Part shown: positions 11,472-28,698 of the stretch, piece by piece
Layout: each line of letters starts with the position of its first letter
Position numbering within the stretch: the stretch's first letter is position 1
Assembly (NCBI RefSeq): GCF_000143415.4
Contig: NW_003314262.1
Coordinates: 690,721 to 754,720 of the forward strand
Length of the DNA: 64,000 bases
Source of the DNA: Selaginella moellendorffii
Taxonomy: Eukaryota > Plantae > Lycopodiophyta
Reading direction: 5' to 3'
The notes under the pieces: model-generated
The model's input: the letters and a program-made list of their open reading frames with translations, nothing else
Told to the model about the DNA's origin: nothing
Database searches by the model: none
Position numbers and translations under genes: made by a program

Positions 11472-13092
11472 CTATTGCGAGAGCGTAGATTCAAAGTGGC
11501 TTGTCAATCCCGTCATGCCCGGCAGCACCAGCATCCAAAACAGGGCCGTCAGTGATCCCACCAGGAAGACAAACAAGAGGTTTCCCCCATAGCGACCACC
11601 CTTGGCCTTGTCTTGTCGCTGCACCACGGCACCAGCAGCCTGCTTCCACTTGGGCGAGATCATCTCGACAGTCACACGAACGTTCATTGTTGTGGCTGCC
11701 ACTGTCGACGACGATCCCTTGTCTGGGTGCTCTGCTGCCGAGGCCGGAAGAACCTGAACCGACCCAAGCAGACTCAAGATCTTCTTCAATGGACCCCTGT
11801 CTCCTCCTTCCTCGCTATCGTCACCATTAGCCAGGTAATAGTCGCCACCTCCTGGCAGGCAGTGGTCGTCCATGACCAGCAAACTGTGCTCGTCGGCTTC
11901 CCTCCAGTTGGACGTCAGATGCTGGCAGCACAGCCCATGTTAAAATGCGTCCCACTTGCCTTCACCGGAAAAACATGCTCCTCACCTTTGACGGCGCGTC
12001 CACAATACAGTCACCCGCGCCTTGATCGCACTTGTCCTCAAGATTGGAGAAGTCACCAAGCTCGATAAAGTCGTCTTCAGCCAAAACCTTCATCAGATCT
12101 TCTGGCTGGTCAATCTGTTCCAGGATACCCTCGGGATCAGCAAAAGACAGCTCTCCAGGGTTCCTGTCTGGGTAATCCATCACCTGCAATCAATCAATCC
12201 ACAAGTCAGCATGGCCCTGGCAAGCTTTCAGTCCGTCACCTGTGCCAGGTCAGGAACTGGCTCGTCCAAAAGCATGGCAAGGAAGGCATCGAGCTCATCG
12301 TTTCCGCCCGGTGCCTCTTCCTTTGCAGCCTCTGTGTTGGTCGTAGTCTCCACGGACGCCACCTCCGTCTCCGCGGCAACCTCCACCTCGGCTGTTTCAT
12401 TGTCGGCCGTCTCATTGTCTAGCGAGAAGAACGAATCCCCCTCCGGATAGCATGGGACGTTCTCCTCCTCCTTCTTGGCAGTCGACTTCCTAAACACCCG
12501 GCAAACAACGAATGCGTCCTGCGCATACTGGGAGGACGGTGTCAGCTTTGAGAGACATAGGGTGTTTTTCTGTGGACTTACCGAGCACTTACGATCATCC
12601 TCGTCCAGTCGGTACTCGTGCATAATCCAGTCCGTCCTCTGGCCGTGGGGCGCCCTGCCGGTGTAGAAAACCAGCGTCTTCTTCATACCGATGTCGCGAG
12701 ATCCCGAGCGCACGGTTCGGTCCTTTCCAGTCGCCTTCCAGTAGCCAGCTTCGGTGGCCCGGTTCGTCCGCCAGCCATTGGGATACTTCCTGTCGCGAGG
12801 GCTAAAGAAGTACCACTCCACATCCGTCACATACGATTTCCCTGTGTGAGCACAGACGATGGGTGAGCGGAGCGGAAGGAAGGAAGGAGCTAAGCTCGAC
12901 TAGGCAGTACATACCAGGCAAGTCCCATGGCTCGCACTTGTAGAGATCCACCTCGGCAATTATGTTGGCCTGGATGCTGCGCCCCGACACCTTTCGCGCC
13001 AGATAGAAGCCCACAAGCTCCTGATCCGTGGGGCGGAATCTAAACCCTGGCGGCCACTGCTTACCGGGCGATGGAGAAGACGAGGACGCCAT
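11472..13092 (-). CDS. Membrane-tethered NAC transcription factor (NTL; ANAC016/017-like)
   Basis: [49 protein letters not shown]; C-terminal hydrophobic helix [19 protein letters not shown]. Confidence 0.9.
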
Positions 13093-13219
13093 AATACGTA
13101 TGGATGGTGGCGCCGCCAGCTCAAGCCCCGCTCTCTCCCATGGCCCAAACCCCTCTTTTCGCTCTCCACGCTGCTCAGACCACTTCAATAAGACCTAAGT
13201 AGGACAGCCATAGATTTTA

Positions 13220-16200
13220 TCATTTAAGTCCCCTACTTTTTACAAACGCGCTTAACGATGGTTCTCGCCCCAGAAAACCATGCACAAGCTCCGCTGCGTC
13301 CTTGCTCGCGCCTGGCACCAACACCTGGGGATCACAAACAACGTTACCACAATCCGCAAGGCCTTTCCTCGTACCTTGTCCCGAAACTCCTTGCCTGCCG
13401 AAAAGTTGCTCACTTCACCAGCAAAGCCACTCTCAAACATGTCTTCGGAGAGAACCTGTGCAAGCATGTTAAACGCACAAGACGACCGACTGATTTTTCC
13501 CACTCCTTCACCTGATTCCACAAGTAGCTGTAGTAAGTGCCGTCATACCCGCCCATGAGATGTGTAAACGACGTGCTCAAGTCCGTCCCTTCCAGCATCG
13601 GGATCCCTTCCATTACCTGGACTCTCGTTCACGTGACAAAGAGAAACAAGACAGAGCTGGTGGCTAACCTGGGTGTGGAGCTGCTCGAGAACGGAAACAG
13701 TATCGAATTGGTCGCTTGAGTGCACGATCAAATCGAACAATGCTGCCGCGGGAACCAAAAAAACGAAAGCATCATCAAACAGACAGAAATGAGTAGCGAG
13801 TTATGTGTACCTAGCAAGATCTGCCTTTTCGTCAGAAGCCCGGCATGGGTCTTCTTCTTTCGCACTAGTAACTCGCAAAAGCTGTCCGGGACAGGTTCTC
13901 TAGTGTCCTGCAGGAGTCTACGAATATCAATTAGCAAGCTTCATGAGCTCGACGAAAATCACCACCTTATAGAAGCCACTCATACGCTTCAACGACGACT
14001 TTTCAGAGCACCTGTGTCAACAGACGTTAGCAAACGAGACATCCATAGTCGGCCTACCACTTTTCGAGCATTTTGCTGGGAGCTTCCACGAAATCATCCT
14101 CGACCCGCAGACCGGAAAATCTGGCGAACGATGGACGGCTGCAAATGTGATGCATCTGCAATATAAACATGTTTAAGAAAGGGAGAGCGAAGGGAATAGC
14201 ACAAGTACTTGCCACGTGACCGAATTCGTGAAAGAAAGTCTCCACTTCTGGATAACTCAGCAGGGCAGCATGTCCTCTCCTGAAGTTCGCAAGCATAGCC
14301 GCGACTGGCAGCTAGACAGTAGAACTGAGCTCATTCCCAAAAATTCAATCTCTCCAGTCAATGCTCTTACCTGACCGCTGCGAGTAGAGGAGGGCTGAAG
14401 AGGACACACGCAGGCATGCGAGTACTTTCCATCCCTACAGCCGGAGGACGAGATAAGCAAACAAACTCTCGTGATACATAGTAGAGCAGAATGGAAATAC
14501 CTGTGATAAATATCGAGGTAGAAATAGCCAATTGTCTTCTTCGCATCTGTATCGCTAACGGCAAAGAGCCGCACATCTGGATCCCACGCTCCCCGCTCCT
14601 CCTTGATTTCTTCGAAAGTAAGACCTGAAAACTCAAATGACAAACACAACAAAAATTAACCAGAAAGATATACCAAACAGCTCCTGATATATTTGGAAGA
14701 GACCATTGGTAACAACCTCCACAGGAAAATATTCTCTGATCTTTTCCGTGATTGCTTGAAACTCGAGCTCTTCAACTCTATGCATATAGTATAGAAGATC
14801 TTCCATACCAAACTCCTCTCCCCCTTCCTCGGCTTTCTACAGTGATAAAACTTTAGAGACCGTTAAGAAAATGCATATGGCAGACCTTTAGAGCCCGAAG
14901 CTTGTTCAACTCTGCTGCTGCAACTGACGACATCTTTGCCGAAAGGCTGAGGAGGAAGTTCTTTACCTGAAGCGAAACCAGGTGAGCCATGAAGAAGGTA
15001 TTATAGCTTCTAGTTTCCTACGTTGGTAAAACTCTTGGCCATACGGCTGGAGGTCACGTACTCCACATGATTAGGATAACCAAGCAGGCGAGCCAGTCGA
15101 TGACGTAGCTTCACCTGGAAAGGTCCAGGCATAAGCGATCGTGAAGAATTCATGCACGAACCACGTTGTGGAAGATTGGAAGATTTTCTGCGATGCAACG
15201 TTTATCATATGCCACTGCCAATGCCTTGCGCGTGCTTCCTACCTAGGGATGAGAAGAACCGGTTTAGAGAGAAAGCATTACAGACATTCAGCCCAACCTT
15301 GCAATTCTGCATGACTGGGAAGTAGTAGCGAGCATCGAGCGGAAGCTTGAGCTTGCCATGCTTGCCCTTCTCCAAGTTCTAAAAGTGAAGGAAAAAGAGA
15401 AAACAGGACGCAAAAAGGTGTCATATCAAGGCGGCAACGGAGACGTGTCTACAAACCTTAACAAACGTTATCGGTAAACCCGCAAGCTCATCCTCGTTGA
15501 ATAGTAGAACCTCATTGAGCTGCGCGAGGTTTTTCTGGAAGGTGATGCAGAGTTCCCCGATAGTTTTCTTGATCTTGTCGACTTCGGATCTCATTTCGGG
15601 AGTCAGGTGCAGCCCAAGCCTCTCGTAATCCCTGACCTGCATGGGCAGACTTCGGTGGGAGGGAGTAAGCAAGCTTTAGATGAGTACCAGATGGTTGACA
15701 AAACGCTGAGTTTCAGGCGGCAGGTCCTCTTTCTTCTCAGCATAGGCCTTGACAACGCGGTACACGTCCTCCCGGAGCCTGCTCATCGCGAAACATCGTG
15801 AGCACAAGGAATGCATAGGTACGAGGCAACCTGCATTTGGCGTTGTATGCCTCAAACATCTTCTCGGCTTTGACGCTGGCATCACGGACGTCTCTCGCCG
15901 GATTCACCAGACTCGGGAAGACGCACGACTGAACAGCCATGAACTCGTCAGCTTCCAGCCTTTCCAGGGGCTCAATCACCGACTCGTAGGTCACCTGACT
16001 CCCAAGCAAGCAAACAAAAGCTTGTCATGCTTGCTTCTACGAGAATGAGGCTGGTTACCTGGTCCAAGGGCACAGCGGCGACGGCGTCGTGAACTCGGAT
16101 GGAGTTTGCAATGACGTGATCCACCGCTCTGAGGATCTCCCCGGCGGAGAGGCTGGATCGGAACTTGATGTCCTTGCATCCTCCTCCTCCTCCTCCTCCT

Positions 16201-16409
16201 CCTGCTGCTGCTGCTGCTGCTGCTCAGGTATTAGGGTTGCCGCCTTGCGCTCTGCTCACATTCAAGCAGATCCATCGCTTACCTCGATCCTTGCCTCCGC
16301 GCAGCAGCGTGAGCAGCACCCTGGCTGCGACCAGTGTGCCCAGCGCCGCCCCCGCGGCCACCGCGATCCTCCTCTGCCGGCTTCCACCCTGCGCCTGCTT
16401 GCCGGCCAT
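13220..16409 (-). CDS. Peptidase M3 (thimet oligopeptidase/neurolysin-like), multi-exon
   Basis: FFHEFGHV zinc motif, [28 protein letters not shown]; C-terminus [23 protein letters not shown]...GLK*; hydrophobic N-terminal segment. Confidence 0.92.
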
Positions 16410-16540
16410 CCTCCCTCCAGCTCGCCAGTAAGCTCGGGGAGGATCGACCCGTGGTTCGAAACGGGGGATCGCCAATTAGGTTATTAAGTAATGCGATGAT
16501 GATAGGATGCGAATGAGTGAATGGCGATCGAGGGGAGCTC

Positions 16541-16549
16541 TTAGGGTTT
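16541..16549 (-). promoter_or_regulatory. Telo-box (AAACCCTAA) in the divergent M3 peptidase/FtsH11 promoter
   Basis: Exact TTAGGGTTT in a 165-nt head-to-head spacer. Confidence 0.5.
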
Positions 16550-16574
16550 TGGTTTTGCGTATGACTTGAGGTGA

Positions 16575-19947
<3,373 letters not shown>

Positions 19948-20027
19948 ATTGTCGTGCTCAAAGCCCCTTTACTTAATTTTTATGTAGAGTTTCTCCTCCC
20001 TAAAGCCCTAGGTAGTGGAGAGAAGCT

Positions 20028-20754
20028 ATGTCTGGTGGCATAGCCAGGGGGCGCTTGGCGGAAGAACGGAAGGCGTGGCGCAAGAATCATCCACACGTAA
20101 GACGATCGCATCCCTCTTCCCTGCTCATGAATTCCTCGCTGTCTGTGTGGCGTCTAGGGTTTTGTGGCCAGGCCCGAGACCCAGCCCGATGGATCGGTCA
20201 ACCTAATGACATGGCATTGCACTCTACCGGGCAAGGCCGGAGTAAGTAGCCAAGCCCTTGGAACTGGAGCACTACTAATATGGCTTGCGCTTGGCGCAGA
20301 CGGACTGGGAGGGCGGCTATTTCCCGCTGGCGATCCACTTCAGTGAAGATTACCCCAGCAAGCCTCCCAAGTGCAAGTTCCCTCCAAACTTCTTCCACCC
20401 CAATGTCTACCCCTCGGGAACAGTGTGCCTCTCCATCCTCAACGAGGACTCTGTAAGTTGATTCCCTCTGGAAGCCACTCTCACGCTCGTCTCTCGTCTC
20501 TCGTCTCTCTCGTTCCAGGGCTGGCGACCCGCCATCACCGTGAAGCAAATCCTCATCGGAATCCAGGAGCTGCTGGATGCCCCCAATGCCGCGGATCCCG
20601 CGCAGTCTGATGCCTATCAGATGTTCATCCAGGTTTTGAGGGTGCTCCCCTGGTATTGATAAAAAAGCGCTGTTTCTTGTGTGGCGTGCAGGATAGAGAC
20701 GAGTACAAGCGAAGGGTACGACAGCAGGCCAAGCTGTATCCCCCGCCCGTCTGA
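20028..20754 (+). CDS. SCE1: SUMO-conjugating enzyme SCE1/UBC9, multi-exon
   Basis: [27 protein letters not shown]; [19 protein letters not shown]; [11 protein letters not shown]; [13 protein letters not shown]. Confidence 0.96.
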
Positions 20755-21515
20755 TTGCTTTCACCTTTTACCATGGCCTGGTAAAAGAAGAAACGTAGTG
20801 GAAGGAATATTCTTCAAGAAAAATGTGGTATGGGTTGGTTATTATACGCAATTATATGCCGTGGATATTCCGCAAAGTTGTGCCGTGTGGATTGGGCAAG
20901 AGCGGGCGGCCGCCCGGCCGGCCTGGGTTTTTTGAGGTTTTGAGCGGGAGAGCCTCTTTCTTGTTTACCTCGCTCGAGTTGGAGATGGAGATGGGAGGAT
21001 TACTCTAAAGCACACACGGTTTATTAAGGCAGGCGCTAAGTTAAAGTGAGGGCTGCCTGCCCTGCTGGTGGTGCTGTCAGGTTATGCTTTTCTTTTGGCT
21101 TTGTTTCGTTTTAGTGCTTGCGGAGCTCTCCTTGGCCTCGTAGCCCCTGCCTAGACACACACAGCAGCAAGCAATCGAGCAGCAAGCAATCGAGGGGGCG
21201 GAGGTAAGTGTGTGGCCAAGAAACAAACCAGGCAGCAATCCAATCCAATCCGGCCGTAAAAAAAGGAGGAGTGTTTTTAAGTAGGGCAACAAGGCCCTGG
21301 GAGAGGGGAACAGTAGGGGCGCGTAGATCCTGCGGGCTAGGGGGGACAAATGTGGCTGGCTGCTGGGCGCGAGCAAGCAATGTGGGATTTGGGAGGTGGA
21401 GGAGGCAGTAGCAGGAGCAGCGGCGGCGGCAGCTGGTGAGCTAGGAGGCCTCTGGACGCGCGAAAGAAGGAGAGACAAGCGAAACAAAGAGCGGTGGGAT
21501 CACAGCGCGGCGGCA

Positions 21516-23450
21516 ATGGCGGAGTCAATTAGTAGCCTAGACGAGGACGACGGCTTCTTCGACGGATCTTGCAGGGAGAGTGTGGCGTCGGCCATGGGGT
21601 TTTGCAAGCAGGACGGGAAATCTTCCAGGCGGAAGACCGCCGTTCGCCCCAGCTTGGAAACGGAAGACATCATACACTTGCTCCACGGCTCAGATCCAAT
21701 CAAAGTGGAGCTCAACCGGCTCGAGAATGAAGTGCGAGGTAAGCAGCGCTCGGATCTACGCCAATGTACATGTTTCTAAACCCGGCGCCACCGCTTTTGC
21801 TTGTCTTGTGCCAGACAAGGATCGAGAGCTGTGCGAGGCGCACGCAGAGATCAAGGCCCTGCGCCAGACGGAGCGGCTCAAGGAGAAGGCCGTCGAAGAG
21901 GTAGCTCGTCGCTGATTGATCGCCACCATCACCAACATTTCCTTTTGCAGCTATTTGACGAGCGTGAGAAGTTGCAAGAAAAGCTCAAGGCCATGGAAAT
22001 TGCTCTGGAAAACAAGGTGCCGTTACTTTTTTCCGCTCTTTCTTGTTCATGACACTTTCCTTTCCCTCGCAGAACCTGGATCTCAAGAGGACCAACGATG
22101 AGAGGAAGTCGGCGCTAGCAGCCCAAGCTGCAGCAGAGGCGACACTACGGCGGCTGCATGCCTCCCAAAAGGACGAAGATTTGCTGCCCCTGGAAGCCAT
22201 CTTGGCACCCGTAGAAGCAGAGCTCAAGAGCACCCGCAACGATGTACGTCTTCTCCTTGTTGCCCCACCCGGTTTCTCACGCTTTGCAAAATTCCCTGCA
22301 GTTCTCAAGCTGCAAGACGATAACAAGGCCCTCGACCGGTTGACAAAGTCCAAGGAGGCTGCTCTTCTCGAGGCTGAAAGAGCAGTTCAGTTTGCGGAAG
22401 CCAAAGCCTCGCTCGTGGATGACTTGCAGAATCGGAATCAAGAACTTCTCAAACAGATTGAGATCTGCCAGGTACGTTTTGGCCCCTCCTCGGATACCAT
22501 GGTGCCAAGCCAAGCCTTGTGTGTGCCTTGGTGCAGGAAGAGAACAAGATATTGGACAAGATGCACCGGCAGAAGGTGGCGGAGGTGGAGAAACTGAGCA
22601 CTACCGTGGCAGAACTGGAGGAAGCACTTCTTGCTGGAGGAGCCGCAGCAAATGCTGCGCGTGACTTTGAGCGCCAAGTACATCACCTCATGGTAGTGCC
22701 GCCAGCCACCTTTGGGTCGCACTCACCCCACATTGTCTTTTTACCATTAGGAAGAGAAACGGACGCTTGAGCGGGAACTGGCGCGTGCCAAGGTAACAGC
22801 AAACAGAGTGGCAGTCGTCGTTGCAAACGAATGGAAGGATGCAAACGACAAGGTCATGCCCGTGAAACAATGGCTTGAAGAGAGGAGATTCATGCAGGTG
22901 CGTGCGTACGTTGTGTGTGCGTGTGTGTTTCTTCCATTCGGCCTAACTAAGTGCGTGTCCTTGTCAGGGAGAGATGCAGCAGCTCCGTGACAAGCTAGCA
23001 ACTACGGAACGCACCGCAAGGAGTGAAGCCCAACTCAAGGTAGGCACGTACACACTTTGGCTGCCGAGATAGGTGCCCAATGGCTTGATTCATGTGGCAG
23101 GAGAAGCTCCAAGTCCGGCTCAAGGTTCTGGAAGAGGGGTTGAGAACATCCACCAACGGTTCCACTCGGAAGCACGACGATTTTTTGCGAAGCGGGACGA
23201 ATGGTGCCAGTGTGCGTCGTCAATCAACAGGCGGGTCGGACATTGGTAACGGCGTGGCCAGGCGGCGGCCGTCAATGTCATCAGCGTCACAGATGCGGGG
23301 CTCGGTGTCCGGCTCCACCATCCTCAAGAACGGCAAGTTTGGATCCAAGGCGTTTGACGGAAGCAAGTCGCTGGATGCGGGCCGGTTTAAAGCCTACGCT
23401 AACGGGTGCGAGGAGCCAAGAAAGGTGTCCTCGGCTGCGAGTGGGGCTGG

Positions 23451-23485
<35 letters not shown>

Positions 23486-23989
23486 ACGTAAAGCCTGAGG
23501 CCGGCAAGGTGGAGGGAGCAGCAGTCGCTGCAGCCGACGACAACGTGTCCGTCCTCTTCTATGATATGTTGCAAAAGGAGGTGGTGACGCTGCGCAAGTT
23601 GGGCCACGAGAAAGACCAAAGCCTCAAGGACAAGGATGACGCAATCGAGGTATATGCGTGGGTTTGGCTCTAGGTGCTCATGACAGTCGGACTTTTGCAT
23701 GCAGATGCTGTCCAAGAAGGTGGATACGCTGACCAAGGCAATGGAAGTAGAGGCGAAGAAGATGCGTAGGGAGGTAGCAACAATGGAGAAGGAGGTGGCC
23801 GCGATGAGAGTAGACAAGGAGCAGGAGAACAGAGCACGGCGTCTTAGCATTGCAAAGGGGAGTGTAAATAGTTCCCATGCGTCATCGAGGTGAGGCAAAG
23901 AAAGTTTCTCTTGCGGCGGCTGGCTGACATGGTTGATCGATTCCCACAGGGGAGGATTGATGAGAAGCCCATCAGACATCATGAGGTGA
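21516..23989 (+). CDS. MAP70: Microtubule-associated protein MAP70, multi-exon
   Basis: LLHGSDPIKVELNRLENEVRDKDREL; AAEATLRRLHASQKD; VVANEWKDANDKVMPVKQWLEERR; YDMLQKEV; KKVDTLTKAMEVEAKKMRRE. Confidence 0.94.
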
Positions 23990-24303
23990 ATTGAGACACG
24001 GCAATGCGGCGAGCGAGGCGACTAACATACACACGACGACGAAGATTTAGTCTCTCTTTTTTATATTTCCTGTGTGTTGTGGGTTTTACTATGCTGTAAA
24101 ATTGAACACGTTCATGTTCGTTGTTGTTTGGCGACGAGCCGAGCACAAGGGTATATGCTGTCGAGTTTCTTACCTAGACTGTAGAGCAGAGCGATGCAGG
24201 CCGCAATTCCGGGCTGCTCCAAGGCGGCAAGGAAGGAGCCATAGGTAGGGCGCAGAGAGCAGAGAGCACAGATCTGGATCTGGCTCGCGGAGATCTATCC
24301 GAT

Positions 24304-27300
24304 ATGGCAATGGGCGGCGGTGGCGAGCGGATGCGGTGGAGCAAGCTCTACTCGCTGTCGTGCCTGCGGCCGGCTGTGGCGGAGGAGGAGGAGGCGCGGA
24401 GGAGGCAAAGCAGCAACTTGAGCGGTGGCGGGCGGCTCGTGTGGTGCAACCAGCCCGACAAGCACCGGGTGAAGCCGCACAAGTATCGATCCAATTACGT
24501 GTCCACCACCAAGTACACGCTGCTCACCTTCCTCCCAAAGGCATTGTTCGAGCAGTTTCGGCGGGTGGCCAACCTCTACTTCCTCTTCGCCGCCGCGCTC
24601 TCCCTCACGCCGCTGGCTCCCTTCGCCGCCTCCAGCCTCATCGCGCCCCTCGTCTTCGTGGTGGGCGTCAGCATGCTCAAGGAGGGCGTCGAGGACTGGC
24701 GCCGCTTCATGCAGGTGCGTGCGTGTGTGCGTGTGTGTGCGTGGGGCTTTCCGTGGCTCACTCTCCCGTGTAGGACGAGGAGGTGAACAAGCGCAAGGTG
24801 GCGGTGCACGTCGGGGACGGCGTGTTTGCGGACAAGCAGTGGAAGAGGGTGCGCGTGGGAGAGGTGGTCAAGGTGACGCAGGACAGCTTCTTCCCGGCGG
24901 ACCTGCTGCTGCTGTCGAGCAGCTTCCCCGACGGCATCTGCTACGTGGAGACGAGCAACCTCGACGGCGAGACCAACCTCAAGGTGAAGCGCTGCGTGGA
25001 GCGCACGCTGGAGCTGTCCGACAAGTCCGACTTCGCCACCTGGTCCGCCCAGGTGCACTGCGAGGCGCCCAACCCCCACCTCTACACCTTCGTCGGCAAC
25101 CTCGACTTGGACGGCAGCGTGATGCCGNNNNNNNNNNNNNNNNNNNNNNNNNNNNNNNNNNNNNNNNNNNNNNNNNNNNNNNNNNNNNNNNNNNNNNNNN
25201 NNNNNNNNNNNNNNNNNNNNNNNNNNNATGCAGAACGCCCGGGAGGCGCCCTCCAAGCGCAGCCGCATCGAGCGCAAGATGGACAAGATCATCTACTTCC
25301 TCTTCAGCGTCCTGCTGCTCATCTCGCTGCTCGGCTCCATCGTCTTCGGGGTCATGACGCAGGCCGACATGCCCCGCTGGTGGTACCTCCGCCCCTCCGA
25401 CGCCGACGTCTACTTCAACCCGCAGCGCCCGCAGCTGGCGGCGCTGCTGCACCTCATCACGGCGCTCATCCTGTATGGCTATCTCATCCCAATCTCCCTT
25501 TACGTGTCCATTGAGGTTGTCAAGGTGCTGCAGGCAATGTTCATCAACCACGATATTGCCATGTATGACGACGTGACCGACACCCCCGCCCACGCTCGCA
25601 CCTCCAACCTCAACGAGGAGCTGGGCCAGGTGGACACCATCCTCTCGGACAAGACGGGCACGCTCACCTGCAACGTCATGGAGTTTCGAAAGTGCTCCAT
25701 CGCCGGCGTCTCCTACGGCCGGGGGATCACCGAAGTGGAGAGGGCCACCGCCAAGAGGCTCGGCAGGGAGCAGCAGCTGCACGAGCAGGATGCAGGGTCG
25801 GAGGAGCACGACCACCGCAGCAGCAGCAGCCACGGCACCAGCCCCGGGAACTTCGAGATGGCCCATGCTGCACCCTTCGTCAAAGGCTTCAACTTCACCG
25901 ATGAGCGGGTCATGGATGGCAACTGGCTGCACCAGCCGCACTCTTCCGTCATTCGAACCTTCTTCCGAATCCTGGCAGTCTGCCACACTGTCATCCCCGA
26001 GGAGAGCCAGGAAACGGGCGACGTGAGCTACCAGGCGGAATCGCCGGACGAGCTGGCGTTTGTTGTTGCTGCAAGGGAGTTTGGCTTCCAGTTTTACAAG
26101 CGCACGCAGTCGACCGTGCTCGTGCGGGAGCCCAGCGATACCAATGGTACCACCACCCTCCGGTAAGAGACGTGACTCGCTTTCTTTCTTACGTGCGCTG
26201 CATTTCAGCGAATACAAGCTGCTCAACCTGCTGGAATTCAACAGCACCCGCAAGCGGATGTCCGTCATTGTAACGGACGATGCAGGTAACACCTTCCTCT
26301 TCTCCAAAGGTGCAGACAGGTACTGTTTTGAGTGTAGCCTCTCTCTCTCTCTGTAGTCACCACCCTCCCTCTCCCATTGCAGCGTCATGTTCGACAAGCT
26401 CAGCAAGAACGGACGTCAGTTCGAAGCTGCGACAAGAAGCCATCTCTCCGAGTATGCCGAGGCCGGCCTGCGCACCTTGATCCTTGCGTACCGCAAGCTC
26501 GACGACGCAGAGTACAGGGAATGGAACGCGGTCTTCCTCAAGGCCAAAACCACCATTGGAGAAAGCCGAGAGGAGCTCTTAGATGCTGCATGCGACATGA
26601 TAGAGAGGGACCTGGTCCTTGTGGGTGCCACTGCCGTGGAGGACAAGCTGCAGAAAGGGGTAAGCTTGGTTGGGGGCGCCACTCCTCTTCTCACGCACCG
26701 CTTATCCGTCCAGGTTCCTGAATGCATAGATCGGCTAGCCCAAGCTGGCTTGAAGATATGGGTGCTTACTGGCGACAAGCTAGAGACTGCCATCAACATT
26801 GGGTACGTTGGTCGCCCCCAACTCCTCTTTTAACCATACTCTCTTGCATGCCCGCAGCTTCGCATGCAGCCTGTTGCGGCAAGGGATGAAGCAGATTCTT
26901 GTGACGTTGGACAGTGGCTCCACTGAACAATTTGGCAACAAAGAGGCCAGTGCCAAGGTGAAGAAAAACAGATGATTCACTTCCACTTTGCACTAACCAC
27001 TGCTGCTGTAGGCATCCAAAGAGAGCATCAGCCAGCAGCTTGCGAATGCCCAGCGCCAGATTGATCTGGAGACTGACGACGACGCTGCGTTTGCGCTGAT
27101 CATTGATGGTAAAGCACTTGCCTATGCATTGGAAGATGGCCTTAAAGACAAGCTGCTACGCCTGGCAATCAACTGTGCCTCTGTTATATGTTGCCGGGTT
27201 TCTCCCAAGCAGAAGGCGCTGGTACAGTGCTGACGCGCTCGCTCCCACCCTTGTGCTGGATTCTCATCCTTGATTTCATGCGCGTGGCAAAACAGGTGAC

Positions 27301-28567
27301 GGGACTTGTGAAGGAGGGCACGGGACGGACAACTCTGAGCATTGGTGATGGAGCCAACGACGTGGGAATGATCCAAGAGGCTGATATAGGTGTTGGCATC
27401 AGTGGTCTCGAAGGCATGCAGGTAGGGTGATCCTGGATTTCTGGATGCTCCTTAACCGCAGTGGGTGTTTGCAGGCAGTCATGGCCAGCGACTTCTCTAT
27501 CGCACAGTTCAGGTTCCTGGAGCGCTTGCTCATTGTCCACGGGCATTGGTGTTACAAGCGTATCGCGCAGATGGTAAGCCTGGCTCCCGCCTCACTCATT
27601 GACCAATGCATCCCTACAGATTTGCTACTTTTTCTACAAGAACATCACGTTTGGCCTCACCCTGTTTTACTACGAGGCGTACACCAGCTTCTCGGGTCAG
27701 ACTGCATACAACGATTGGTATATGTCCCTGTTCAATGTGTTTTTTACGTCGCTCCCGGTGATTGCGCTGGGGGTTTTTGAGCAAGACGTATCGGCCAGAG
27801 TGTGCCTGATGGTGAGTGAGTGAGCGAGCGAGCGAGTGTAACGAAGGACAGGGATTGATGGTGGCTTGGTGGTGTTCTGTGCTGTGCAGTTTCCGACGCT
27901 TTACCAGCAGGGCCCCAGGAACTTGTTCTTCAGCTGGTCCCGGATCCTGGGCTGGATGGCCAACGGCGTCTACAGCTCGCTTGTCACCTTCGTCTTTGCG
28001 GCAGGCCTGTACCGGGTGGCGGCGTTCCGGCGGGGTGGGGAGGTGGCGGAGCTGGCCATTCTGGGGGCCAGCATGTACACGTGTGTGGTGTGGACAGTCA
28101 ACGCGCAGGTGGCGCTGGCCATCAGCTACTTCACCTGGATCCAGCACCTCGTCATCTGGGGGAGCATCGGCCTCTGGTACATCTTCTTGCTGCTCTACGG
28201 CGCTGTGGATCCGCGCCTCTCCACCACCGCCTACATGGTGCTGCGCGACGGCCTTGGCCCAGCCCCAGTCTACTGGCTGACAACCGCATTGATACCCCTC
28301 GCCTGCGTCCTCCCTTACTTCCTCTTCACCGCCTTCCAGCGCACCTTCAAGCCCATGGATCACCACATCATCCAGGAGATACGCCACCTGCAGCGGGACT
28401 TTACCGATCCAGGCATGTGGCTGCGGGAGCGGTCCAAGGCCGTGGAGAGGACCTCCATTGGGGTCAGTGCGCGGGTGGAGGCGCGGATCCGGCACATGAA
28501 GAAGAACAAGGGGCGCCACCACCTTTTCTCTCCCATCCGGGACACCACCACCGCCACCACACCATAG
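24304..28567 (+). CDS. ALA: P4-ATPase phospholipid flippase (ALA family), multi-exon; spans a 100-N gap at 25128-25227
   Basis: NYVSTTKY; [14 protein letters not shown]; PISLYVSIE; [10 protein letters not shown]; [10 protein letters not shown]; WVLTGDK; [12 protein letters not shown]; [11 protein letters not shown]. Confidence 0.95.
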
Positions 28568-28698
28568 TGCTCACAGACGCGTACACCAACACAATCCAAA
28601 TTTTGTTAGGACGACAACGACGCGAGGACCGACCCTGCCTGTACACACGCAGCCTAGTATACATACAGACGACGTTCCTAGATGGTATAACCGTTCTG

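Noticed and set aside
24979-26406. 475-aa minus-strand ORF and similar long antisense ORFs in the GC-rich half
   Set aside because: Shadows of GC3-rich real exons (ALA and others); this one also reads through an N gap.
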